Below, in pieces: positions 1 through 12,637 of a stretch of DNA of 64,000 bases. The stretch spans positions 73,286,001 through 73,350,000 of the forward strand of contig NC_086097.1 of the NCBI RefSeq assembly GCF_963921235.1. Reading direction: 5' to 3'. The position numbers were made by a program, and so were the translations under genes. Each line of letters starts with the position of its first letter. The first letter of the stretch is position 1. The notes under the pieces are model-generated. The model had not been told where the DNA came from and ran no database searches. It worked only from the letters and a program-made list of their open reading frames with translations. The stretch is from Mobula hypostoma. Lineage: Eukaryota.

Positions 1-64
1 GAAAAAAAACTCTGAAGTACCAAGAAGGCTGTGCAGTATTGTGGTTAAAAACAACTGTTTATTT

Positions 65-470
65 TGAGCACGAGTGGGTCTGCAGATGTTGGAATTTCGC
101 AACAACACACAAAATGCTGGAGGAACTCAGCAGGTCAGGCATCACCTAAGGAACTGAAAAAAAGTTCAACATTTCGGGCCAAGGCCTTTCTCCAGGACTG
201 AAAAGGAAGGGGGAAGACAGCAGAATAAAAAAGCGGAGAAAGGGGAAGAAGGATAGCTGGAAGGTGATGGATGAAGCCAGTTGGGTTGAAAAGATAAAAG
301 GGCTGGAGAAGAAAGGGTCTGATAGAAGAGGAGAGTGGACCAAAGGAGAAGGGGAAGGAGAAGTGGACCCAGAGGGAAGTGTCTCAGAAAAGGTGCATGG
401 TGTGGTAGCAAGTCTGGGTGAGTACATGGCCAAAGAGTCAGAGGGCAGCAGAGATCATGGGGAGCAGTGA
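65..470 (-). mobile_element. Penelope-like element 3' terminal fragment with degenerate hammerhead motif
   Basis: tctgcagatgttgg...acacacaaaatgctggaggaactcagcaggtcaggc followed by a purine-rich tract. The same terminus is attached to GIY-YIG coding sequence at 24000-24950 and 47030-47592. Confidence 0.7.
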
Positions 471-942
471 GAGAGGGTCTCACTGAGCTCCCGTCAAAGA
501 GAAAATATACACTTCAGGGAAGACACCCCTTGAACGGACTTCGCAGCGGAGTAGCAAAACGTAAACATGAGCAAGTCTGCAGTTGTTGGAAATGTTTTTC
601 ATGTTAATGATGGTAGATGCAGACAGATGTACTGAATGCTTACCACTGTTTTAGTTTTTGTTAAAAGGTTTATGTTACTGTATTTTATCCTTCAGCTGTA
701 ATTTGATAGAAAGGTAGTTTGTAACTAGATAGAAAGTTTTGACGGCAATGGGAATTTCACAGCAAGTGCATTTTGTTGTTATTGAAACAGTCATTTAGTA
801 TCAAAGTGACTGAGTATCAAGATGCTGCAGACCAGTCAACATCTATGGAAAAAATGCATGATTTTTTTTCTTTGAACAGATACTGCCTGACCTGCTGAGA
901 ATTTTCATCTTTAATTTCAAATTACCAGTAAGTTACCTTTTG

Positions 943-2996
943 ATGTCAAAGACAGCATAAAAGCAAAAGAGAGGGCATATAATATAGCAAAAATTAGTGG
1001 GAAGTTAGAGGATTGGGAAGCTTTTAAAAACTGACAGAAGGCAACTAAAAAGCCACAAGTAGAAAAGAGATGAAATAGGAAGATAAGCTAGCCAATAATA
1101 TAAAAGAGGATAGCAGAAGTTTTTTTTCAGATATATAAAGAATAAAAGAAACGGATAGTTGTATCAATCTGCTGGTAAGTGATGCTAGAGAGGCAGTAAT
1201 CAGGGACAAAGAAATGGCAGATGAACATGAAGTATTTGCACTGTGGAAGGCACTAGCAGCATAGCAGAAATTTGAGTGTGTCAGGGGCCAGAAGTGAGTG
1301 TCGTTGACTTCCCCTTCTAAGGGGAATAGTGTTTGGGAAGCTGAAATGTCTAAAGGTAGATAAGTCAACGTGGACCAGATGGACTATACCCCAGGGTTCT
1401 AAAAAAAAAGGTAGCTGAAGAGATTGTGGAAGCATTAGTAATGATCTTTCAAGAATCACTAGATTCTCGAATGGTTCCGGAAGACCGCAAAATTACAAAT
1501 GTCACTCCACTCTTTAAGAAGGGAAGGAAGCAGAAGAAAGAAAATTGTAGGCCAGTTAACCTGCCTTCAGTGATTGGAAAGATGTAGGAGTCCATTATTA
1601 AGGATGAGATTTTGCGATACATGAGGCACATGACAAAATAGGCCAAAGTCAGCATGGTTTCCTTAAGGAGAAATATTGCCTAACAATTCTGTTGGAATTC
1701 TTTGAAGAAATAACAGGTAGGTTAGACAAAGGTGGATGTTGTTTACTTAGATTTTCAGAAGTCCTTTCCAAAGGTGCCATGCATGAAGCTGCTTAACAAC
1801 GTAAGGGCCCATGGGATTAAAGGAAAGATGCTGACATGTACAGAAGTTTGACTGACTGGCAGGAAACAAAGATTGTGAATAGAGGGTTCCTTCTTTGGTT
1901 GGCTGCCAATGGCTAGTGGTCTTCTACATGGGTTGATTTTGGGACTGCTTCTCTTCGCATTTAGTAGTAATGATCTGAACGATGGAATTAATGACTTTGT
2001 GGCCAAGTTTACAGGTGATACAAAGATAGGTGGAGGGGCAGGTAGTGTCAAGGAAGCAAAAAATTTGCAAGACGTCTTGGACAGATTGGGAGAATGGTAA
2101 AAGAAGTGGCAGATAGAATATAGTGAAGGGTAGTGTATGATCATGCACTTTGGCAGAAGGAATAAAGGTGTAGACTATTTTCTAGATAGGGAGAAAATTC
2201 AGAAATAAGACGTACAGGGGTCTTGAGAGTCCTCGTGCAGGACTCCATAAAGGTTAACTTGCAGGTTGTGTCGGTGTTAAGGAAGGCAAATTGATTTCAA
2301 GAGGGCTAGAATATAAGAACAAGGATATGATGCTGAGGCTTTATCAGGAACTTGTCAGACCGCACTTAGGGCATTGTGAGCAGTTTTTGGCCCCATATCT
2401 AAGAAAGGATGTTTTGGCATTAGAGAGGGTCCAGAGGAACTTCATGAGAATGATTCTGGGCATGAGGGTGTTAACTTATGAGGAGCATTTGGCTCTGGAC
2501 CTGTACTCACTGGAGTGAGGGGGGTGTCATTGATTATGATATGATCTTGTGTGTGCTTACCGTGTGTAACTGTTGGTAATGTGTCTTTGCACCTTGACCC
2601 TGGAGTAACGCTGTCACGTTTGGCTGTATTCACGAGTATTCCTGTATGGTTAAATGACAATTGAACTTGAGTTGAATTGAAACCTATTGAATATTGAAAT
2701 ACCTAGATAGAGTGGATTTGGAAAGGATGTTTCCTATTGTCGGGGGAGTCTAGGACCAGATGGCACAGCCTCAGAAGAGAAGGATGTTCATTCAGAACAC
2801 GGATGAGGATGAATTTCTTCAGACAGAGGGTGGTGAAACTGTGGAACTTGTTGCCACAGATGGCTGTGGAGACCAAGTCACTGTGTATATTTAAGATGGG
2901 ATTGAAAGGATAATAAATCAGCAATGATGTAATGGTGGAGCAGACCTCATGGGCTGAATGGCCTAATTCTGCTCCTGTGTCTTATAATCCTATGAT
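943..2996 (+). mobile_element. 5'-truncated, decayed CR1 LINE (RT half), with a ~145-bp LINE/SINE tail inserted at ~2531-2674
   Basis: ORF remnants NDLNDGINDFVAKFTGDTKIGG and LVRPHLGHCEQFLAPYLRKDVLALERVQR. 3' end gggctgaatggcct...cttataatcctatg. Many stops and frameshifts. Confidence 0.85.
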
Positions 2997-4674
2997 AAAC
3001 AATCTACTTTCATGAAGGTTCAGGCCATAAGGTGCAACAAATTTTTCTTTCTTTTCATGTGTCATTGCTTATGAATAAATATTCTCAACAGGGATCATTA
3101 AATTAACTTTAAATGGCTTTCAAAGATGTTCAGATTTTCAATTTCAATTTAATCAAAATTATTCAAGCCAAGGGGCGTGACGTATTGGATAATTATAGAA
3201 TTTAGAATAATTTGTTTGGCTTGTACTTCCATAAGCATCACAACAGGGATTTTGCAATTTCATTAAATTTGTGTCTGCTTTGGAATTGTTGCAAGGCAGA
3301 GGATGACTTTACATTCTAAGATTTTTTTTTCTTCTCATGTATTTAGTTGGACAAATTCCTGACTGGGGACCAATAATGGATCATTATATAGACCTAAATG
3401 TGAAGTTATGGATCCTTGAATCTGTGTTTTGTAATCTTTTGGGAAAGGAATTGGAGATTTTGAAAGAATAGTAGTATATCTGAATGTGTCACATTAAGGT
3501 GCAGTGTGATTTGTGACAGTGTAGCTTTGCTCTTGAATAAATGTCTTCTATTTGATTTATTTGTTTCTTTCATTGCATATCAGAGGTAGTACACAGCAGT
3601 CATAGTACAGTAGTAGGAGGGAGGACTGCATATTTAAGGTGGGGGAAGAACTACTTTTACTCATGTTGCGTTCTTGTTTCTGGATTGCAACTCTGTCCAT
3701 TCTGAGTAGCTGTCTTCGACTCTGTTGCGTACAGATTCTCTGGGGCTGTGAGTACAGTTTCTAATTTTATCCTCATGCTGCTGTGGTCAAAAGTTGACAG
3801 CGGTTCATTCATTGTCACAATGCATTGAAGGTGTGAAAGGAGATGCGCAAGGCACATTTACGCAGAGTGGTGGGCTGCCAGGGGTGGTAATGGAGGCAAA
3901 TACTACAGAGGTGTTGAAGAGGCACTTGGGTAGGTGCATGAATGTGCAGAAAATGGAGGCGTAAGGACTTTTGTAGGTGGGAGGGACTAGCAATGTCAGT
4001 TTTTAATTACTAGTTTAATTAGTTTGGCATGACATCGTGGGCAGAAGGGCCTGTTCCTGTGCTGGAGGAACAGTGAACTTACTGAAATGAGGATTCATCA
4101 GTGCAAAGTGCAGATGTGCTTGTAATAGCAGTAATTTTCTTTTCACTTTCTCAAAACTTGTTGGTATGTTATTTACATAAATTATTAATTCTTGTGCTTT
4201 TAAGTCTCAACTAGGATGCTGGTATCCAGCCTAGTGCTCTGCTGTATGGCACAGATTTGCTTGAGCAACCTTGTTCCAAGTACACACGTATTTTAAAGAA
4301 GGTGTTTTGTTCAGCTGCATCTGTGGTGCAAGGAACCTGATAACCTCTTGCTTTCGCTGGTGCTGCTGCAGCAGAGGACTGTCTGTGAGGAAGCTGGAAG
4401 CTGCCTGTGAGGGCTCGTGTTGGGTGGGCTGGAGTAGCACCTCAGAGCTGAGGGCAGCATCCAGGCAGGCAGAGTGAGTGTTGCCCATCGCTGGGGGCTG
4501 GCATAGAATGTTTCGTGTTGACTGCTCACTCTGATCCTCTAATTTCACTTGTCACCTCTTGTTGGTTGGGATTTAGAGGTTGCTGTCTCCACCCCTTTGG
4601 CTCTGCAACTCTCCCCAGCCTAGATATTTCTCCAGGGTATCAAGCTCAACAGCCAGTGATCAGCATTCCAGTGT

Positions 4675-5090
4675 CATTGGAGTCATAGGAAGTACAGCAC
4701 AGAAACAGGACCCTTGGCTCATCTAGTCCATGCTGAAACCATTTCAACTGCCTACTCCCACTGAGCTGCACTGAGACCATATCCCTCCATACCCCTACCA
4801 TCCATGTATCTATCCAAACTGCCCCTAAACATTGAAATTGAACTTGCAATGCCCACTTGTCGTGGCAGCTCATTTCACACTCTCGCAACTCTCTGAGTGA
4901 AGAAATTTCCCTTCATTTTCCCCTTAAACTGCTCATCTTTCACCCTTAACCCATGACCTCTGGCTGTAGCCCCACCCAACCTCAGTGGAAAAAGCCTGCT
5001 TGCATTTACCCTATCTATACCCCTCATAGTTTTGTATACCTCGACAAAACTCCTCTCAATCTTCTACATTCTAAAGAATGCAGTCCTGAA
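4675..5090 (-). mobile_element. CR1 3' end fragment
   Basis: Reverse complement of the CR1 C-terminus and 3' UTR (cttaacccatgacctctgg; gtcataggaagtacagcacagaaacaggaccc). Confidence 0.7.
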
Positions 5091-5374
5091 ACTTGAGGTT
5101 CATTGAACACTTCATTCTTTAATTTTATTTAATGTCATTCAATAATACACATATATACAGCTAAATGAAACATCATTCCTCTGGGGCCAAGGTGCAAAAC
5201 ACATGAGAGTCACACACAGCATGTATAGTTACAGTCCAGCACATAAAGTCACATAATATTAGCACAGTCTTTGACTGGCGTGGCCTGTAGATTGACATAA
5301 AGTGCGACATTTATGATTATACGTACAAGGCAGTGAGTGCAAGGTTATAACACCAGCAATAAAAGATGGAAAGT

Positions 5375-5510
5375 GACCTGCCGAAGGGTCTCGGCCGGAA
5401 ACGTTGACTCTACTTTTTTCCTTAGATGCTGCCTGGCCTGCTGAGTTCCTCCAGCACCTTGTGTATGTTGCCTGGATTTCCAGTACCTGCAGATTTTCTC
5501 TTGTTTGTGA
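5375..5510 (+). mobile_element. Short Penelope-derived terminal repeat with hammerhead-like motif
   Basis: cctgccgaagggtctcggccggaaacgttgact...gctgcctggcctgctgagttcctccagc...ctgcagattttctcttgttt. Confidence 0.75.
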
Positions 5511-5769
5511 AAAGTGACCAGTGCAGGATGAGAGTGTGTTGGTGAGTTAAGGAAAAGGGTGGGGGGGGGCAACAGAACATTAAACAAGGTGTACGTGTGT
5601 GCTGGATGGCAGCGGGGTATTAAGAAGTCTAAAAGCCTGGGGTGTTACCCAGCCTGACAGTTCTGGTTCCTACCGAGGTAAACCCCAGCTTTTAATCTAC
5701 TCAAGGTGAAGAAATGGATCACTTGTATATTGAAATACAGACAGACTTCAGGTAACAGTCAAACAGAGC

Positions 5770-6450
5770 GTTCAGGGAATATAGATCCATAATTCTTTGA
5801 AAGTAGTATCACAGGTAGATAGGGATATAAAGAAAGCTTTTGGCACATTGGCCTTACTCAAGTATTGAATACAGGCTTTGAGATGTTATGTTGAAGCTGT
5901 ATAAGACATCAGAGAGGCCTACTTTGGAGTATTATGTGCAGTTTTAGTCACCTAACGACAGGAAAGGTGTCAATAAGATTGAAAGACTACACTGAAAATT
6001 TGCAAGGGTGTTACCAGGACTGAGAACCCGAGTTAGGTGGTAAGGTTGAATACGTTAGCACTTTACTCCCTAGAGTGTAGAAGAATGAGGGGAGATTTGA
6101 AAGAGGTATACAAAATTGAAAGGTATAGACTGGGTAAATGCAAGCAGACTTTTTTTCCACTGATGTTGGGTGAGGCTAGAACTAGAGGTCATGGGTTAAG
6201 GGTGAAAGGTGGAATGTTTGAGAACATGAGAAAGAACTTCACTCAAAGGGTGGCGAGAGTGTGGAAGTGGTGGACCTGGGTTCGATTTCAACATTTAAGA
6301 GGAATTTAGATAGGTACATGAATGGGAGGGATATAAAGTGCTGTGGTCCAGCTGCAGGTCAATGGGACTAGGCAGATTAATGGTTTGGCATGGACTATAT
6401 GAGCAAAGGGCCTTTTTCTATGCTGTAGTGTTCTGTGGTTCTATGACTCT
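5770..6450 (+). mobile_element. CR1 3' fragment
   Basis: LYSLECRRMRGDLKEVYKI and EARTRGHGLRVKG motifs; ends ctgtggttctatgactct. Confidence 0.8.
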
Positions 6451-8010
6451 GTAACTTCATTACTCTGTATTAGTTGCCAATCTGTGATATTGGCTCGGCT
6501 TGCTTATTTCTTTACACTGGAAGCCTAACCTATGAGGCGTGAATTGTGCATTCACCAAGTCCCACACTGTTTTGACTGTTTAGTTAATGTTCTCAACTTT
6601 TGACTGCTCCCATTGACCACATAAACTTTTTTTTATATCTTGTTTTATTGTATCTGAAAAATCCCTGGGCCCCCACCCTTGCCTGTAGTTTTTTTTTTGT
6701 CTTCTCCGTAGTTCAGATAAAGGATCTTTGACCTGAAATATTAACTCTTCCTGTAGATGTGGCCTGACTTGCTGAATACTTCCAGGATTTTCTGTTGCTC
6801 ATATGTTACTCTGTGATCATGTGTTACTTGCTTTTGTCACTAGCGTTTTAGCACCTGAGCATCCAGGATTGCCAAAGACAGGTGATGAACCTGCTTATTT
6901 TCTCATCAGTAAAATATACTGGTTGTTTTGAAACTTGCACAATCAACCAAAATGGAGAAATATCGTAATTTCTCTGAAGTCTGACAAAAGAAAATGTCTA
7001 GTATAGAATCTATTTTTAGTAAGCACTGATCACGTGTACCCAAAATCTATAGTGTATAATGCCAATTAAAATACTTTATCATCAGTTCTAATGTTTTCCA
7101 AGAAGTTACTGTCTCATTATTGCTGAAAGTTGTTCTCCTGTGTGTTATCCAATTTTGTTAGGATATAAGTAAGGCTGTTTTCCATTTCTTAAAAAATTGT
7201 TCTTCTCTTTCAGATGGCTCTCTTAGGTGCATTGCTTGATGCCGTAATCCATATTAGCTCATAATAGATAAAATTGCCTGGAAACCCAGGGCTCCAGGAG
7301 ATTTGAACAAAAGCAGACAATTGCAGTTTAGAGCCTTGACCTCAAGTTAATCCTGCTTGGTAGAGGAGGTATTATCAAATGGAGATGTTTTGGGAAAAGC
7401 TTTCTATACTGTTTGTTTAAGTGGTTTAAAGAAAAGCAGATGCTGTGGGAAGCACTCAAGATGGGAAAATTAGGCATAATGTGACCGGATATTTTGGAGA
7501 TTGTTAATTACACATGTGGTTGGCTATCAATTTATTCCACAGATGTTTGGCAGTAACGTTCACTAAGAATCAGTGAACTAATTAAAAGGCTTAAAAATAA
7601 ACTGCTGGAGGAACTCAATAGGTCAGACAGCATCGATATAGACAGAGGTCAGCATCTATGCAGGTCAAGGGATGGGTCTGGATCAAGATCCTGCATTGAG
7701 GCGTAATACATCAACATCATCTGCTGTACCTACTTGCCATTGCAAAAGTTTAGTGTTAAGATATTTTCAATCAGAATGCACTTTCAATTTGCTCTATTTT
7801 GTACTTTTGCCACCAATAATACCACAGCTGTATTTTGACTTGTATCCAATTAATAAAGTTAAATTTTCTGTACAAATTTGCAGCTCAGAATCATAAGACC
7901 ATGAGACATAGGGGCAGAGTTAACTCCTCAGCTCATCGAGTCTGCTCTGCCATTCCATGATGGCTGATTTATTATCCTTCTCAACCCCATTCTCCTGCCT
8001 TCTCCCATAA

Positions 8011-8892
8011 TTATTTTTTCTTATAGAAACATCTGCATGATGCTAAGCTAGGGCACATCATCAGTGATGTTGCCTGGGGTCGTCAGGTGTTTCGGGTCTT
8101 TCAACATCATACACCCTTGCCCAGGCAACCTGACCATGGTTGATCAGACCCCAGCCTGTGCCCTAGCAGCAATCCACAGATCTGCCCTCTTTATCCAGAG
8201 CCATCTTGATGTTTTCTCTGCTGCATTTGTGGTGGTAGAAATGGTTCTCCTCCTTCTCACTCCCATGATTCCAAGTGCAGTGTATACTTTGCAGAGCGAC
8301 TGGCCTGCAAAGCCACGGCACCTGACCTCCACGGGCCAACACTTCGCTCTCCAGCCTCTTCTTTGGCAGTTGTTCTTCAGATCTTCATAGTTGGCTCTTT
8401 TCCGCTGGTGGGCCTCCTCCATGCGTTCTTCCCACAGCTCAGTAAGCTGAAGTTTAAGAACGTGCTTCGGTGAGTTGGACTACAACACAGTGTCGAGCCA
8501 CAGTGTGGTCTCTGTGATGTGGGGAAGAAACTGCAGCTGTTTTCCCAGGTCTGCTTTTAGCTTCCAGTCCTGCGCAGTGGAGAACGACCCGATTGCTTTC
8601 TGGTGTTCTGTTGGTCTTTCTCCCCCTTTGACGAAGCAGATGGTATTCTTGACCAGACCTGTTTTCCGGCAGATGTTGAGGGTGCTGCAGATTGTCTCAG
8701 CAATTGTCCAGAGGACCTGGTCATGCCGCCACCGATAACGGCCATCGGCAAGAGCTCTGGGGCAGCAGCTCAGGATGTGCTCTAGTGTACCGGACTTCTC
8801 ACAGAGGGAGCAAGCTGGTCGTTCTGCAACGCCCCAGAAGTGCAGGTTGGATGGGCTGGGAAGGACGTCATAAACAGCCTGGATAAGGATTT
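8011..8892 (-). mobile_element. 5'-truncated HERO-like (restriction-like endonuclease) non-LTR retrotransposon, inserted into a CR1 3' fragment (~7893-8010 and ~8893-9110)
   Basis: The minus strand translates to ILIQAVYDVLPSPSNLHFWG..CSLCEKSGTLEHILSCC..DGRYRWRHDQVL (CCHC knuckle plus RHD motif) and WEERMEEAHQRKRANYEDL..CWPVEVRCRGF (PD-(D/E)xK RLE region). Stop at 8144, followed by a structured 3' UTR. Confidence 0.85.
8051..8130 (-). ncRNA. Candidate non-circularly permuted hammerhead ribozyme
   Basis: Minus strand reads GGUG-UA-UGAUGUUG aaa GACCC-GAAA-CACC ugacgaccccagg CAACAUCA-CUGAUGA-u-GUGCC. All core nucleotides are present. Stems I (8 bp) and III are perfect; stem II is weak. Confidence 0.55.
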
Positions 8893-9248
8893 AGGGCACC
8901 CTGACTAATCAAGAACCTTTCAGCTTCCGCTTAAAATATATCCAAAGACTTGGCCTCCACAGCTGTCTGTGACAATAAATTCCACAGATTAACCACTCTC
9001 TGGCTAAAGAAATTCCTTTTCATCTCTGTTCTAAATGGGTGTCCTTCTATTCTAAGTCTGTGCCATCTGGTTTTAGAGTCCCCCACTATAGGAAACATCC
9101 TCTCAGATTTATTACCACTGAGAAATTAGCTGAAATTAGTTGATTTGTGGCAGTATCTATACATTACAAAAAATACCAAAATATGGCTTTCATGCACTGT
9201 TCAGAAGTGCAGTGGCGAAGGAACCAAAGCTGTTCCTAAATCACTGAG

Positions 9249-9831
9249 AAACAAGAAAATCTGCAGATGCTGGAAATTCGAGCGACACACACACAATGCT
9301 GGAGGAACTCAGCAGGCCAGGCAGCATCTGTGGAAAAGAGTTCAGTCCATGTTTTGGGCTGAGACCCTTTGGCAAAACTGGGGGGGAAAGCTGAGGAGTA
9401 GATTTAAAAGGTGGGGGAGGGGAGAGAGAAACACAGGGTGATAGGTAAAACCAGAAAGTGAACGAGTGAGGTAAAGAGCTGGGGAAATTGATTGTTGAAA
9501 GAGACAGAAGGCTGTGGGAGAAAGAAAAGGGGGGAGGGAGGTGATGGACGGGCAAGGAGATAAGCTGAGGGAGGGAAAAAGGGATGGGAAATGGTGAAGC
9601 AGAGGGGGTGTGGGGGCCATTACAGGAAGTTTGAGAAATCGATGTTCATGCCATCAGGCTGGAGGCTACCCAAACAGAATATAAGGTGTTGTTCCTCCAA
9701 CCACGGGGTTGTTCCTCCAACCTAAGTGTAGCCTCATCATGGATGGACATGTCAGAATGGGAATGGGAACTGGAATTAAAATGTGTGGCCACTGGGAGGT
9801 CCCGCTTATTCTGGCAGATGGAGCGTAGGTA
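9249..9831 (-). mobile_element. Penelope-like 3' fragment inserted into a minus-strand Rex1/Babar LINE remnant (~9110-9248 and ~9832-10450)
   Basis: Penelope terminus plus purine tract plus GIY-YIG C-terminal sequence. Imperfect 12-bp TSD taaatcactgag (9237-9248) / taaatgattgag (9832-9843). Confidence 0.75.
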
Positions 9832-12637
9832 TAAATGATTGAGTTTTAGTCTTTAGGTTCCTGTAGCTCCGACCATCTCAATAGTGAGAAAAGGGCACGT
9901 GGTAGATGGTGGAAGTTCTTATTGACTGATACTGCCTTCTTGAGGCATTGCCTCTTGAAGATGTCCTCAATGGTAGGGAGAATTGTGACTGTAATGGAAC
10001 CTAATTGTCTTATAATCCTCTGCAGCCTGTTGTGATTCTGTGCAATGGAGGCTCCACACGAATCTGTGATGTAACCAGTTAGAATGCTCTTCAACGTACA
10101 TCTTTAGGAAATTTCTAGAGTCTGTGGTAACATATCATATCTCAAGTCCCTGGTGAAGTAGAGTGCTGGCATGCTGCTTTCATGATTGCATCAATATGTT
10201 GAGCTTAGGATAGATCTTCTGAGATGTTGACGTCTGGGAGCTAGAAGCTGTTCATCCTTTCTACTGTTGACCCCTCAATGTGTTCTCCTGACTCTTCCCT
10301 TCCTAAAGTCTGTTCCTTGGTCTGGTTGACGTTAGCATGAGGTTGTTGTTGTGACACCACTCAACCAGACAATCTTTCTGGCTCCTCTAAGCCACCTCAT
10401 CGTCACCTGAGATTGTGAGTGTCATCGATGAATGTATAGATGGTGCTTGAGTGTTGAATTTATAGCATTTTTTTAAAAAATGACATTTTTTTAGTATAAT
10501 GTAGCCATCTCAATAAGCTATTGAAATGGGTTACAGAGATTGTGTATTACAAATATTTTCAACCAAGTATAACCTATTGTATTTTACCTGTTGTATTTAT
10601 AATCATTTACAGTATGCATTTAAAAGAAAATACATATATCAGTGTATTGGCTTATTACTGTCACAGATGCTGAGATTCAGTGAAAAGTTTGTCTTGCATA
10701 CTGTTCATACAGATCAAATCAGTACACAGTGCATTGAGGTAGAACAAGGTAAAATAATCCATATGTGCTTGTGTGTGTGTCCTTTATTTCATGGAATCCT
10801 GGTTAACCTCTTCTGTACAGGATGCAGCGATTCAGATCGACAGGTTTACTATACGCCATCAGGATAGATCTATACAGTCCCTCAAAAGCAGAGTGGAAGA
10901 GTATGCCTCATGATCAACTCCTCTTGGTGTACAGGTGTATCAGTGCTGTCCCAATTCTGACCTGGAATATCTCACAACTAAGTGTCGTCCATTTTGCCTA
11001 CCATGCGAGATTTCCATGATCATTTTGGTAGCGGTGTACATTCCACCTCAGGCCAATGTCAGTCAGGCTTTGGATGATCTGAGAAACGGGATCAACATGC
11101 ACGAAATAGCGCACCCTAATGCCTTCACCATTGGGGATTTTAACCAGGCCAGTCGGAAAAAATCACTTAGCAATTACCGTCAACAGATCACTTGCAATAC
11201 CAGAGGAAACAACACACTGGACTATTGTTACACCACCATCAAGAATGCCTGCCGTGATCTTCCGTGCCCTAACTTTGGGAAGTCTGATCATCTGGCTGTA
11301 CTTCTACTCCCTGAGTATCGGCAGAGACTAAAGACTGGAGCAGCAGTAGTGAGAGCCAAGAAGTTATGGACAAGGGAAGCACAGGAGCACTTACAGATCT
11401 GCTTTATATCAGTGGTCTGGTCCATATTCAGGGATCTATCTTTGAATCTGGATGAGTATGCTGCAGTTGTTCCCGACTTCAGTAAAACCTGTGTGGATGA
11501 ATGTGTGCCTACAATGACTTGCTGTACATTCCCAAACCAAAAGCCGTGGATAAGCCAGGAGGTACTTCATCTGCTGAAGGCTAGACCTGTGGCATTCAAG
11601 TCTGGCGACCCAGGTCTGTAGCAGAAAACTAGGTATTTCAAGGGCGAAAAGACAATTTAGAACGAGGTTGGAGGCAACATCGGATGTACAACAACTCTGG
11701 CAGGGTTTGCAAGACATTACTTCCTACGAAGTGAAACCCAATAGCACGAATGGCAGCAATGCTTCACTACCAGATGAACTAAACACCTTCTATGCCTGCC
11801 TTGAAAGGCAGAATATAACTGCAGTTGTGAAGATCCCTGCTGCACCTGGTGACCCTGTGATCTCTGTCTCAGAGGACGATGTTAGACTGTCTTTAAAGGG
11901 GGCGAACCCTTCCAAAATGGAAGGCCCCGACAGAGTACCTGGTAGGATTCTGAAAACTTGTGCCAACCAACTGGCGGGAGTATTCAAGGACAGTTTAAAC
12001 TCTTCACTGCTTTGGGCAGAAGTTCCCACTTGGCCAGATATGTCCCATTCAGCATTTAACACCATCATTCCCACAACCCTTATTGATAAGTTACAGAACC
12101 TGGGCCTCTGTACCTCCCTCTGCAATTGGATCCTTGACTTCCTAGCTAGGAGATCGTATTCTGTGTGGATTGGTGATAATATCGCCTCCTCGCTGACTGT
12201 CAGCATTGGTGCACCTCAGGGATGTGTGCTTAGGCCACTGCTCTACTCTTTCTATGTCTATGACCATGTGGCTAGGCATAGCTCAAATACCATCTAAAAA
12301 TTTGCTGACGATACATCAATTATTGGTGGAATCTCAGCTGGAGATGTGAGTGCGTACAGGAGCAAGGTATATCAACTAGTGGAGTGGTGTCGCAGCAACA
12401 ACCTGGCACTCAGCGTCAGTAGGACGAAAGAGTTGATCATGGACTTCAGGAAGGGTAAGATGAAGGAACATGTACCAACCCTCATAGGGGGATCAGAAGT
12501 GGAGGGAGAGAGCAGTTTCAAATTCCTGGGTGTCAAGATCTCCGAGGAACAAACCTGGTCCCAACATATCGATGCAGTTATAAAGAAGGCAAGACAGCGA
12601 CTATACTTCATTAGGAGTTTGAAGAGATTTGGTATGT

